A stretch of DNA of 58,477 nt from Candidatus Kaiserbacteria bacterium RIFCSPHIGHO2_01_FULL_55_37. Lineage in GTDB: Bacteria; Patescibacteriota; Minisyncoccia; Phycocordibacterales; UBA2100. Position numbers and translations under genes: made by a program. Below, one piece after another: positions 37,390 through 46,505 of the stretch (position 1 is its first letter; every line of letters begins with the position of its first letter). Under the pieces are notes generated by a model. The model did not search any database. It was not told the DNA's origin and saw nothing but the letters and a program-made list of their open reading frames with translations. The stretch is taken from contig MFKY01000048.1 in NCBI GenBank assembly GCA_001781175.1, forward strand, positions 1-58,477, given 5' to 3'.

Positions 37390-38225
37390 TGTGGCGTCAA
37401 ACGATAGAGTATTACTTTGAGTTTCATATTGCCGATCGTATCCACGACCATTTCTTTTTCATCGGCAATCTCGATTGCATATCCGTATTTAGCTGCTTCA
37501 CCTCGAATAATATCGTGCCGTACCATTTCGCTCGCCCCTAACAATATCTCTCCTTGCGGGTTGAGATGGTCGCGTCCCTCCCGTATGAATCTTCGCAGCG
37601 CCTCATACTGCTTATCGAGTCCCGCTCGAAGTTGCATGACTTTTTCCGGTGTTATTGGCATGTCGTGCTGCTTTAGTATTTCTTCGATATCTTGATCAGG
37701 AGCATTCCATGGAAAATTCCAAAACAGGATGTCGAACTTCTCGTCCTTGCCAACTCCTGAAAACACATTGCCTTCCCGTACGCTGAAAAAGGGCTCTTTC
37801 AAGGCATATTGTTCGGCATTGGTCTTACAGTTGTCGACAGCTAGCGGCGAGATATCAGTCGCAACTACTCGGGTCGGCTCGCCGTGCTGTGCGACGTATA
37901 TCGCAGCAATTCCCGTACCTGTGCCCATATCGAGAAACGATTTTCCACGTGACTGAGCAGCAATATATGTCGGCCACGCCAATCCGATGTTGACATGTTC
38001 AGGAGAGTACACATATTTCTTGATGATGAAGTGATCAAGCCCTGGTAGGTCGACGACAATTTGTCCGCGCTCGGCGAAACGCGGGTCATTCTCCTGTCCG
38101 TCGTACATTCTTATAACGTACTCAAGAAATTGCCTTCGATTCTCATCTATCGGCGGATACTCGTAGCCATCATCGTTCGGCTTATTTTGAGGAGGATGGA
38201 ACCTCTGTAACCCATCGAGCATCAT
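37386..38225 (-). CDS. Class I SAM-dependent methyltransferase (HemK-like)
   Basis: LDMGTGTG, DIS, FDILFWNFPW; lower GC; start inferred. Confidence 0.8.
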   Translation of the reverse strand: MMLDGLQRFHPPQNKPNDDGYEYPPIDENRRQFLEYVIRMYDGQENDPRFAERGQIVVDLPGLDHFIIKKYVYSPEHVNIGLAWPTYIAAQSRGKSFLDMGTGTGIAAIYVAQHGEPTRVVATDISPLAVDNCKTNAEQYALKEPFFSVREGNVFSGVGKDEKFDILFWNFPWNAPDQDIEEILKQHDMPITPEKVMQLRAGLDKQYEALRRFIREGRDHLNPQGEILLGASEMVRHDIIRGEAAKYGYAIEIADEKEMVVDTIGNMKLKVILYRLTPQ

Positions 38226-38227
38226 AG

Positions 38228-38278
38228 CTACGCGTCCGGGTAGGCATCCTTTATCTCTTTTGCGAGGTATGGATTCCA
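38228..38278 (-). pseudogene. Orphan recoded duplicate of the pyrD-like 3' end (WNPYLAKEIKDAYPDA*)
   Basis: 16 of 16 aa identical to 38325-38375; 12 of 17 codons (stop included) differ synonymously. Confidence 0.95.
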
Positions 38279-38312
38279 CCCCGCAGTGAAGCAAAGCTTA
38301 CTACGGGGCAGG
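38279..38312. mobile_element. 30-nt CCCCG...CGGGG palindromic element plus a CAGG tail
   Basis: CCCCGCAGTGAAGCAAAGCTTACTACGGGG-CAGG. Confidence 0.7.
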
Positions 38313-38324
38313 CATGGCACCCGT

Positions 38325-39401
38325 TTATGCGTCTGGGTATGCATCTTTGATTTCCTTAGCCAAATAAGGATTCCACATGGCTCCGGTCGCCGTCATAACG
38401 ACATCGGCACCCGCTTCGCGGTACTCTTTGAAATCTTTTGGGGTGACCACACCGCCGACGCCGACTATCTTCCACGTGCCGCCGGTCTTCGTGCGGACCG
38501 CGGCAAGGCGGCGCGTCATGTCGAGGCCCGCCCACTTGATAGCCGTACCGCACACACCGCTGCGCATACGCATAGGACTGCCCGGCAGTGCCTGCTCCCC
38601 TTTTTCGTTCACGATGGGCGCCGATATTGTGTTGATGGCGGATATCGCATGAGCGTACCTCCCGGCGATTTTTGCGAGGTGTTCGATATCCGCGTCACTG
38701 CTGTAATAGCCGACCTTGAGAATGAGCGGGAGTTTTTTTATCTTCGCGCGTATCGCTTCGCACACACGCTCCGTCATGTGGAGGTTGTAGCAGACCAAGC
38801 CTTCGTTGCCGATGTTGGGACACGAAAGATTTGCCTCAAGGATGGGTGCACCGGTGCGAGCGGCAAGTGCCGCCGCTTGCGCGAAATCCGCGACGAACTC
38901 ATCCGCAGTCTGACCCTCCTTCACCGTGCCCATGAAACTCATCACCATTGCTTGCCCCTTGCGCGCGTACAGGGCGGCCTTCTCGGCGTCTGCGAGCCAC
39001 TCTTCTGCGGGGCGTGACGGAACTCCAAAAGAATTAGTTATCGAAAGCGGCTCCCGGTAGTCCTTGTCGGCGACAAGCGGCTTCTTCGCTTTTTCGAGAG
39101 TGAGGTCGCCGTCGATATGTACCGCGAGCACATTCGGATGCGGATGGCACGGGAATTCATTTGTGCGAACGGTCTTGTACACCGCGATGTCGAATCCTTT
39201 GTCGAAAGCGCCTTTCACGAATTTACTATCGAGCAGTGGCCCCGCCGGGATACCGAGCGGATACGCGAGTCTTTGGCCGAGAAACTCGAAACGTGGATCT
39301 CCCTCGGGCAAAACGACTCCGTCAATAAAACCATTAAAGGGGCCCTTTTCAAGGTTTTCGTAGTAGGACTTTGCGGGGTCGTAGAAAGGGGCTTGTAGCA
39401 T
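38325..39401 (-). CDS. Dihydroorotate dehydrogenase family flavoprotein
   Basis: GIPAGP, KT, NLSCPN, INT, SG..G, GVGGV. Confidence 0.85.
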   Translation of the reverse strand: MLQAPFYDPAKSYYENLEKGPFNGFIDGVVLPEGDPRFEFLGQRLAYPLGIPAGPLLDSKFVKGAFDKGFDIAVYKTVRTNEFPCHPHPNVLAVHIDGDLTLEKAKKPLVADKDYREPLSITNSFGVPSRPAEEWLADAEKAALYARKGQAMVMSFMGTVKEGQTADEFVADFAQAAALAARTGAPILEANLSCPNIGNEGLVCYNLHMTERVCEAIRAKIKKLPLILKVGYYSSDADIEHLAKIAGRYAHAISAINTISAPIVNEKGEQALPGSPMRMRSGVCGTAIKWAGLDMTRRLAAVRTKTGGTWKIVGVGGVVTPKDFKEYREAGADVVMTATGAMWNPYLAKEIKDAYPDA

Positions 39402-39424
39402 ACGTTCATATTATCACTCGAAAA

Positions 39425-39540
39425 GCGCGTTTAAAACCTTCGGATGCTAGGCGCGGAGAAAGCGGCGCGCGAGGCGTACAAGTGTACGGTGAACGCGACG
39501 CAGAGGCTCCGCAACGACGCAGGCGAAGGTTTTGACGCGC
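39425..39540. mobile_element. 116-bp inverted-repeat-bounded non-coding element
   Basis: GCGCGTTTAAAACCTTCG ... CGAAGGTTTTGACGCGC. Confidence 0.55.
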
Positions 39541-40136
39541 TATTTCCCGGCGCTGGGTATCTTCTTCCACTTGTTCGCATCCATGTGCCACTGCGATACA
39601 TTGGCTTTTTGCAGCTCATTCCAGAGTTTTTTTGCCGTCTTTGTATAGAGTTTTTTGTCTCGCACGAACTTGCGCATCGCCTTCCACTTGGCCGGCAATT
39701 TATGCCCTTGCTCCTCAAATTCTTTCAGCTCAAGGTCTATGTCGAGATTGTCCGCATCTTTCACAATTTTCGCTTCAATAGAATCGCGCTTCTTATACCG
39801 GGTATGAATAGCCTCAAGATCACCGAACGAAGTTCCGGCAAAAAGATCGTGCGCCGCACGCAGGTCATCGGTCTGCGAATACACTTTGTGGACATATGCG
39901 AGATCGGCCGTGCGCGTCTCCACAAGGTCATGCACAAGCGCCATCTTGATGATGGTGCCTTCATCACCCTTTCCTTCACGACGCGCGATAACGAGTGCCA
40001 AGAAAACGACGCGCATCATGTGCTCGAGATTACTCGCCACCGGTACGCCGAGGTGCTGTACCCAAGCCCGAGGGATATTCCGCATCGAGCCTACCTCAAA
40101 AAGAAATTCGACGTCACGATTCTTTCCGCGTTTCAT
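39540..40136 (-). CDS. HD-domain phosphohydrolase (YfbR/HDDC2-like)
   Basis: R..W, EH..RV, LVHDLVE...D, VKDAD.LD. Confidence 0.88.
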   Translation of the reverse strand: MKRGKNRDVEFLFEVGSMRNIPRAWVQHLGVPVASNLEHMMRVVFLALVIARREGKGDEGTIIKMALVHDLVETRTADLAYVHKVYSQTDDLRAAHDLFAGTSFGDLEAIHTRYKKRDSIEAKIVKDADNLDIDLELKEFEEQGHKLPAKWKAMRKFVRDKKLYTKTAKKLWNELQKANVSQWHMDANKWKKIPSAGK

Positions 40137-40175
40137 TTCCGCCAGTATAGGCGCTCTGCCGATTCCTGCAAACGC

Positions 40176-40574
40176 CTACCTGGTCGCGCGCTTTATAGCA
40201 GCCTTCCCCCGTTTGGTCGCCTGTTTTGCCGCACTCTTCACCGACGCGCCGCCTTTCTTCAGTTCGGCTGCTATCTTCTGCCAATTCTTCTTCAGCTCGG
40301 AAGCGGCGCGTTCTACCTCGCCGCGGTCGAGACCACGGATGCCTTTGTAGGCGCGCGCCGATTGTTCAACGATGGCGGCTACCGCCGCACGGTCCACGTT
40401 CTTGAGCGCCTTCGCGCGTTTGACGACATCCCTTTTCATGTCTACCGCCCACTTCGCTGCTACCCGGCGGTTCTTTTTTGCGTCCTTACTTGCATAAAAA
40501 TAGTATCCCACCGCAGCCAAAGCGGCCGCTGCAAGCACACCCTTCGTTAATCGTCCTCTTCCTGTATCCGCCAT
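40176..40574 (-). CDS. Hypothetical membrane-anchored basic protein
   Basis: N-terminal TM and a Lys/Ala-rich helix. Confidence 0.75.
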   Translation of the reverse strand: MADTGRGRLTKGVLAAAALAAVGYYFYASKDAKKNRRVAAKWAVDMKRDVVKRAKALKNVDRAAVAAIVEQSARAYKGIRGLDRGEVERAASELKKNWQKIAAELKKGGASVKSAAKQATKRGKAAIKRATR

Positions 40575-40604
40575 ACGTTTTGTTGAGTGAATAAAGCGTC
40601 TGTC

Positions 40605-40880
40605 CTATTTTCCTTTCTTGCCCCAGAAGCGCGCAATCCTGCTCCCAAAGAGACTCAAGACCTGGGAGAATTTGAACCCTTCGCTCTTGATGCGTGCACG
40701 CATCTGCGCAACATCGTTGCGCAAAAGAGCGCTCTCTTCCGAGATGTCGCGTGATATTTCCTCAATATGCCCGAGGATTCGCCACACGCGGAAGAGAATG
40801 AGCGTGACGACGATACCAAGCATAATGACCGCCAATGTGGTTACGATGAAGAAGATATCCATTTTGAGAAAATCGTTCAT
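40605..40880 (-). CDS. Hypothetical membrane protein
   Basis: DIFFIVTT TM followed by a coiled coil. Confidence 0.75.
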   Translation of the reverse strand: MNDFLKMDIFFIVTTLAVIMLGIVVTLILFRVWRILGHIEEISRDISEESALLRNDVAQMRARIKSEGFKFSQVLSLFGSRIARFWGKKGK

Positions 40881-40934
40881 AGAAGTGGCCGTGCCGCTAT
40901 TGTACGCCAAAACGGACGCTGTGCACGCCTTCGC

Positions 40935-41105
40935 TTATTTCATCTTCACACCCTTGAATGCGCGACCTTTCTTTTTCATTTGGTCCATAAATTTTCCTGT
41001 CTTTGCGTCCACTTTCGTCCAGCGCTTGTTACGGCCGGAGAGAACTTGCGTGCGCTTTTTCACTTCACCTTTGCGTCCACGCCCCTTGGGACCGTTCTTT
41101 GCCAT
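40935..41105 (-). CDS. Small basic hypothetical protein (56 aa)
   Basis: MAKN...R.G.VK.RTQ......WTK.D..TGKFMD.....FKGV; TACAAT 6 nt before the ATG. Confidence 0.7.
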   Translation of the reverse strand: MAKNGPKGRGRKGEVKKRTQVLSGRNKRWTKVDAKTGKFMDQMKKKGRAFKGVKMK

Positions 41106-41252
41106 ACCAGAATTGTACATTCCTCTCTCACAATGCAAGAGATAGGGCGCAGGGGCTGTGTATAGCCACATTGCATCTACCCGCGCATCGCTTTCCACCT
41201 GACCGTGGAGCGCTATACTGATAACAAGTCATTAGCATTAAAGGTTATTTAT

Positions 41253-41597
41253 ATGGATGAACAACCGCAGGGTCAGCCGCAGGTGCATCAGCCGAAGCCG
41301 GGGCACAAGACGCTCATGGGCGTCCTTTCCTACCTCGGCATTCTCGTTATTATCCCGCTCCTCATGGCGAAGGACGACCCATTTGTGAAGTTCCACATCA
41401 AGCAGGGTCTACTCCTCGTCATCGTTGAGATCGCCGTGTGGGTCCTCGGCAGCTCGATGTGGCAGCTGTGGATGCTCTTGAACCTTGTGAACCTTGCGAC
41501 TTTGGTCTTTTCCATCATCGGCATCGTGAATGTCGTCCAAGGCAATCAAAAAGAGCTTCCGCTCATCGGCGGGCTCGCCAAGAATTTCAGCTTCTAG
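41253..41597 (+). CDS. DUF4870-like membrane protein
   Basis: LSYLGIL, FVKFH.KQG, LPLIG. Confidence 0.8.
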   Translation: MDEQPQGQPQVHQPKPGHKTLMGVLSYLGILVIIPLLMAKDDPFVKFHIKQGLLLVIVEIAVWVLGSSMWQLWMLLNLVNLATLVFSIIGIVNVVQGNQKELPLIGGLAKNFSF

Positions 41598-41604
41598 TCC
41601 GCGC

Positions 41605-42138
41605 TCAGTCGTACACCACAACGACCCGGCGCAGTTCTGCGCGGGTCGTTTTGTGCTCCGGGACCGTCTTTGCTACAAGGTCCCAAAATTTCTTGCCGTG
41701 GTTCATTTCGGCGAGATGGCATAATTCGTGGACGACAATGTAATCCGCGATGTGCGGCGGGAGTACCGCTATTTTGTAGTTGAAGCTCAAATTGCCTTCG
41801 CGCGAGCAGCTTCCCCATCGTGACTTTTGCGCGCGTACTGTTATCTTCTTGAGCGTACATCCGTACGTAGCGGCGAAATGCGCGCAGCGCTCGCTCGCCA
41901 TCACGAGCGCGCGCTTTTTCAGCACTGGTATCTTGTGTCTCCAGACACGTATCACGATGCGTCCGCGCGTTTGCTTGACATGCCTCTCTATCCAATCCGA
42001 ATGTTTGACAACAAATCGTTCTATCGAATCTTGCCCGAAAGCATGCGGCGCCGTCACCACCACTCGCGCATCGGGATGAACCACGAGGCGCATCGTGCGT
42101 GCACGGGTGCTTCGTTTGAGCTGATACGGGATATGCAT
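41605..42138 (-). CDS. YgjP/DUF45 (M48-like) metal-dependent hydrolase
   Basis: QKSRWGSCS, DYIVVHELCH...NH...FW. Confidence 0.9.
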   Translation of the reverse strand: MHIPYQLKRSTRARTMRLVVHPDARVVVTAPHAFGQDSIERFVVKHSDWIERHVKQTRGRIVIRVWRHKIPVLKKRALVMASERCAHFAATYGCTLKKITVRAQKSRWGSCSREGNLSFNYKIAVLPPHIADYIVVHELCHLAEMNHGKKFWDLVAKTVPEHKTTRAELRRVVVVYD

Positions 42139-42142
42139 GACA

Positions 42143-43096
42143 TCAAAATATTCCCGATGTGCACTTCGCATCAAGTGCGGCGATGTCTGCTTTTGTGAGC
42201 GCCAAAGTCTTGCCCTCATTTATCTTGTACATAATGGCCTCCGTATCCGCCACGTGCTCGAGCCCGAGCGCATGCCCCATCTCGTGCGAGAGGACACGCA
42301 CGAGGACGTTGTGACTGGAATATTCATAAATATCTATCTTCCGGACGCCCGCAGCACTCTCATACAGTCCCTCCTCAAATTCCCCCTGCAGAGCCCCCGT
42401 CTGATTGTACTGACTCACGTTCAGATTGAGCTGCACGATGAGCTGATTCAAGGTTGTCGCGAGCGCATTCAAAGTATCGATATCGTCGTTCATTCGTGCC
42501 TGTCGCGCATTCACCTGCGCCACCTCCCGTTCGAGCGCTTCCTTCTCTTGTTGAAGTCGCTCATACTCCGGCGCGGGAGCACCGCCCCGCCGGTTCCAAG
42601 ACTCAACTGCGGCGTTGTACGCGGCCTCGCGGCTCTGATATGCGGCTACCAAGCGTTTGAATTGTACTTGTTCCGCCTCCACTCCGGCGGCAAGTGAGTC
42701 GTATCTGGCTTTCAGTGAATCATATGAAGCCCTGCTCCTGTCTATCTGTATACCGGCAACTTTGAGTTTGTCTGTCGCCGCCTGACGGTTGTCGTAGACA
42801 AGGTTGACCGTCACGTCGCCACCGGACTCTTCGTACACAAACAGATCTTTGCCAGACGGCTTTTCCCATATCGCCTCCGCTTCTTTCAGATCGGAAATCA
42901 GAGTGCTTTTTGAAATGCCGAATCGCTTATCCACGGCACCTATGGAGTACGAAATGGTACTCTTGCAGGGGACAAACTCGGCCGTGACCTGTCTGCTTAT
43001 CTGCACTACTTGGTCGCGATAGGTGTAGCCGAAGTATGCGGCACCTCCCAAGACCGCCGTCATCAGGACTACATCAACTACGCGCCGCACCTGCAT
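42143..43096 (-). CDS. Matrixin-family metalloprotease with a coiled-coil insert
   Basis: HEMGHALGLEH plus Met-turn AIMY; N-terminal TM. Confidence 0.88.
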   Translation of the reverse strand: MQVRRVVDVVLMTAVLGGAAYFGYTYRDQVVQISRQVTAEFVPCKSTISYSIGAVDKRFGISKSTLISDLKEAEAIWEKPSGKDLFVYEESGGDVTVNLVYDNRQAATDKLKVAGIQIDRSRASYDSLKARYDSLAAGVEAEQVQFKRLVAAYQSREAAYNAAVESWNRRGGAPAPEYERLQQEKEALEREVAQVNARQARMNDDIDTLNALATTLNQLIVQLNLNVSQYNQTGALQGEFEEGLYESAAGVRKIDIYEYSSHNVLVRVLSHEMGHALGLEHVADTEAIMYKINEGKTLALTKADIAALDAKCTSGIF

Positions 43097-43121
43097 TACG
43101 CTACTATATCAAACCAGACAG

Positions 43122-43313
43122 TTACTTTTGCCGCACCCAGACGTACAAAATGTATATGAGCGCAATCGCAGCAACATCTACAAAAAAAGTGATGTAATCA
43201 GCAAAAAAGCTCGACCAGTTCGCGCCGACCGCCACTCCGAGAGAGAGTAGCCCTACTTTGAAAACCGCTATTTCAAACCATCGTAATCGCACCGTCTTAA
43301 ATATGTTGAACAT
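43122..43313 (-). CDS. Small two-TM hypothetical protein
   Basis: Hydrophobic 63-aa ORF; TATACT 6 nt before the ATG. Confidence 0.65.
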   Translation of the reverse strand: MFNIFKTVRLRWFEIAVFKVGLLSLGVAVGANWSSFFADYITFFVDVAAIALIYILYVWVRQK

Positions 43314-43536
43314 CCGGAGAGTATAGCAGCTGCCGCACCACACAACGTCGCTATCCACATAACATTGGGATCACGGCACAGAAGTGCGCCGTGGTCTTTC
43401 TTAACGGGAGTATTCCCTGCCCTAAACTCGGGCCGCAGTCATTCCCATGTATCCGTGCATGAGTTTACGCCGCCGCCTCTTTTCTTCTTCCGCGCGGTCT
43501 TGCACGGCCTTCGCATGCCCTGCGCCGTTTTTCCCG

Positions 43537-44094
43537 CTATGTGCCCGATTGCCATGCCGCGATGAAGTCGAATTGGTGAAGCAAATTGACGATGTTGAGT
43601 GTGAGATTGTCGCGTATCTCGTACGCTACCCACAGCTCCAGGAAAAGCGCGAGCGCTATCACTGACCACACGGGCCATTTCCGTGCCGCGAGAAATCCGG
43701 CTACCATCGCCACGGTGTCCGATACGGAATTGATGATACTGTCGCCGGTGTATCCCTGCGCGAGCGCCTGCTCGCGATAATGCTGGATGACCGTCGGTGT
43801 GTTTTCCGCTATCTCCCAGGCAATCTCTACTCCCATTGCCATGAGAAGCCGCGCCCACACCGATATTCTCGGAAACAAAAATGTAAAGAGCGCATAAAAA
43901 AGAATGCCGTGAATGATATGCGAAAAGGTGTACCAATCAGTCAGGTGTTGTGAGTTGCCGGCCGATAGCACGACACCCTCCCACAGCTTCACATAACCGC
44001 AGGTGCATATCGCGGGCTGGCCGAAAAGAAAAAGCACGGATGCCTGCACGGCAACGAGGAGAGCGGCGCCGAGCATGTACGCCCGGGTGTTCAT
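43537..44094 (-). CDS. DUF2585 family membrane protein
   Basis: ICTCGYVKLWEG, NSQHLTDWYTFSHIIHG, WEIAENTP, IRDNLTLN. Confidence 0.88.
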   Translation of the reverse strand: MNTRAYMLGAALLVAVQASVLFLFGQPAICTCGYVKLWEGVVLSAGNSQHLTDWYTFSHIIHGILFYALFTFLFPRISVWARLLMAMGVEIAWEIAENTPTVIQHYREQALAQGYTGDSIINSVSDTVAMVAGFLAARKWPVWSVIALALFLELWVAYEIRDNLTLNIVNLLHQFDFIAAWQSGT

Positions 44095-44330
44095 GGACGC
44101 AGGAATGCGGTCCCCGCTTCAAATCCGCTGCGGATCCAATCTATCTGCGCGAACCACGGTCCCAGGATGCCGAGTGCAATGGTCGCGATGATGGCGGAGC
44201 CTACGAAGAAACCGATTCCGTAGACGATGCCGACCACAAACATGCGGGAAATAGAATTCTGTCGCGCCACTTGCCGGTTGAGCAAATCCAGATGCTCGAT
44301 TATTTTGTTGTGCTGGTCTTCGGGCCCCAT
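44091..44330 (-). CDS. Small membrane protein (DUF5665-like)
   Basis: F..GIVYGIGFFVGSAI motif; TATACT upstream. Confidence 0.65.
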   Translation of the reverse strand: MGPEDQHNKIIEHLDLLNRQVARQNSISRMFVVGIVYGIGFFVGSAIIATIALGILGPWFAQIDWIRSGFEAGTAFLRP

Positions 44331-44358
44331 GTCACTGCAGTATATCAAATCTGCGGGC

Positions 44359-45057
44359 CTACACCTCCACCGACCTGAAGTCCGGCGGAAGCGGCGCTTG
44401 GAAGGTTTCTCTCTTCCCGTCAAGGGTCAGAGAAATACTTGCGGCATGCAAGGCGGGACGCGTAAAACCGAGGAGAAGTGCGCGATCGGGCGCGTATAGG
44501 TGGTCGGAGACGATGGGATGACCAATGGAGACGAGATGAACGCGGATTTGGTGAGTGCGACCGGTAAGGGGGTGGACTTCTATATATGCGGCTTCTTCAA
44601 GTTGCTTCAACAGCCGCCAGCCGGTAATGGCCGCGCGTTTATTTGTCTCCTCACATGCACGGGCATACCACCTACGCGGTGGTTCGGAACTGCGCTTGAT
44701 CTCCGCGGTAACTCTCCCCTCCTCTGACTCCATCCGCCCGTACACATACGCGCGGTAGATTTTTTCTACGCGGCGCTCCTTGAACTCGCTTTTGAGATAC
44801 GCGTACATTGCGTTTGTTTTTGCAACCACCATGATACCGCTCGTCGTTCTGTCGAGCCAGTGCACGATGCCGGGGAGAAGAATGCGTTCACCCTGCGGAG
44901 ATATCCACGGCCCCCCCACGCTTTCGAGCACGGGATAATTCTGCAGTATCCAACCGGCGACCGACGGCTCCTCGGTGCGCCCGTCGCTGTGTACGATGAG
45001 CCCGGCCGGTTTATCCAGAACCAGTATTTCATCCGTTTCTGCAATTACCCTTGGCAC
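44359..45057 (-). CDS. RluA-family pseudouridine synthase
   Basis: DKPAGL.VH, H(W)LDRTTSG, TGRTHQIRVH, LHA. Confidence 0.9.
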   Translation of the reverse strand: MPRVIAETDEILVLDKPAGLIVHSDGRTEEPSVAGWILQNYPVLESVGGPWISPQGERILLPGIVHWLDRTTSGIMVVAKTNAMYAYLKSEFKERRVEKIYRAYVYGRMESEEGRVTAEIKRSSEPPRRWYARACEETNKRAAITGWRLLKQLEEAAYIEVHPLTGRTHQIRVHLVSIGHPIVSDHLYAPDRALLLGFTRPALHAASISLTLDGKRETFQAPLPPDFRSVEV

Positions 45058-45062
45058 AAGTA

Positions 45063-45356
45063 CTATCCGAGCATTTGTTTGCTCTGCTCGGCTATCATTT
45101 TCTCAATACGCCCCTCGAACATCCGCATCATGAGCGGCAGTTTGGCATGAAGCTCGTATTCTTTGTCATGTACTTCGAGCCGGCCCGAGATACTTTTCCC
45201 CTGGATGGAAAAAGCAAAGTGGAGCACGTCTCCCTCCCAGCGTTCTTCTCCGAGCACGACCTTGTCGGCAAGTTGCGGCTTGGCCTCGAGGAGTAATCTC
45301 TCTACCCTCGCGACGGCTTCTTGTCGCGAGAATGAATGCGGGAGCTTCAAATGCAT
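45063..45356 (-). CDS. Polyhydroxyalkanoic acid system (PHA_gran_rgn)-like protein
   Basis: PHS....EA..R, WEGD...F, G.L.V, LP....F. Confidence 0.7.
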   Translation of the reverse strand: MHLKLPHSFSRQEAVARVERLLLEAKPQLADKVVLGEERWEGDVLHFAFSIQGKSISGRLEVHDKEYELHAKLPLMMRMFEGRIEKMIAEQSKQMLG

Positions 45357-45358
45357 GA

Positions 45359-46477
45359 TTATGTAGTCCCGAACCGGCGACGGTCGAAGAGGTACGAGAT
45401 GAACGCAAGCGCGGCGAAGATGGCCGGTATCCAGTAGCCCGGCAAGTAGAGTTGCGCCATCTCCCAAAGGCTTATCCATTGAACACTGACCGTTCCGTTA
45501 ACGGTGGCGACGTTATCAAGCAGTGCCTGGTCTTGCGTCTTTACCGCCTTTTGCCAATCTTTGGCAGACTTGATATTGGCGTCGGCATTCTTGAGCTGTA
45601 CCCCATACGACGCATTCTCGTTGTTCAGCTGCGCCCGGAGCAACAACAGGTCGTTGGATACAGCTTGTATTTGTGCGTATATCTGCGTCTGCTGCACGGG
45701 ATCGCCGGTATTCGAGAGTGACGCACGCAAACTTGCCAATTGTTGCGTGTCACTGTCTATCTGTGATTGGTACGACTTCAGGGTGGTTGCGTGCGAGCTG
45801 ACCAATTTCTGCCTGGCTGTTTCATAACCGGCAAGCGAGGTGTCGGCCTGCTTTTGCTGTTCTTCGATGCTCTGCTTTTGCGGCAAAAGATTCTGGGATG
45901 AAATATTGACCGTAAGGAATCGGCTGTCCACGAGACTCTCCAACTCCGCACGGAACGCCTCGTACTTGCTCTGTGGAATGACGAAGCTTACATAACCTGA
46001 CCTCGGAGTACTCGATTCCTGATCAATGCGACCGTCGTAGCCGCGCACTGTCGTCTCCACACGGCGCGTGAGCCCCTGCACATCGCGGGTTTGCATCGAG
46101 GAGTTGTAATTCACCTTCAAAAATTCGCGCGTATCCGTGACCGGGACGTTGGGATTATAGTCCGGAGCCGGCGGCGGATAGTACACGCGCGAATCCGCAG
46201 TACCTCGCGCCATCATGGTTCCCTGTACCGACACAGGCGCGCCTGAAGACTCCGCGTAGTTCACCTGGATTCCTTGAGGAACTGCCGGGTCGGTTGAAGT
46301 AACTTTGAAAGTCGAGCCCGTAAATCCTTCCATCATCTGCGGCACGTAGTACTGCGCGTTGGGCTGTGCAATCGCGATGAAAGTGCCGACCGCAAGAAGC
46401 GCAAGAATAATGGTGAGCCATGAAACGCGGCGCGGATGTGCGACGTGTAATGGAGCGGATGTTTGATTATCAGTCAT
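45359..46477 (-). CDS. DUF4349-like membrane-anchored coiled-coil protein
   Basis: N- and C-terminal TMs, G.I......G...IP...Y..F, long coiled coil. Confidence 0.65.
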   Translation of the reverse strand: MTDNQTSAPLHVAHPRRVSWLTIILALLAVGTFIAIAQPNAQYYVPQMMEGFTGSTFKVTSTDPAVPQGIQVNYAESSGAPVSVQGTMMARGTADSRVYYPPPAPDYNPNVPVTDTREFLKVNYNSSMQTRDVQGLTRRVETTVRGYDGRIDQESSTPRSGYVSFVIPQSKYEAFRAELESLVDSRFLTVNISSQNLLPQKQSIEEQQKQADTSLAGYETARQKLVSSHATTLKSYQSQIDSDTQQLASLRASLSNTGDPVQQTQIYAQIQAVSNDLLLLRAQLNNENASYGVQLKNADANIKSAKDWQKAVKTQDQALLDNVATVNGTVSVQWISLWEMAQLYLPGYWIPAIFAALAFISYLFDRRRFGTT

Positions 46478-46505
46478 AGCAAAATCCTACCACACGAAAT
46501 GAAGC

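Noticed and set aside
20421..38375. Diversity-generating retroelement TR/VR pairs as the explanation for the duplicated gene ends
   Set aside because: Differences are not adenine-specific, are mostly synonymous, and no reverse transcriptase is in the window
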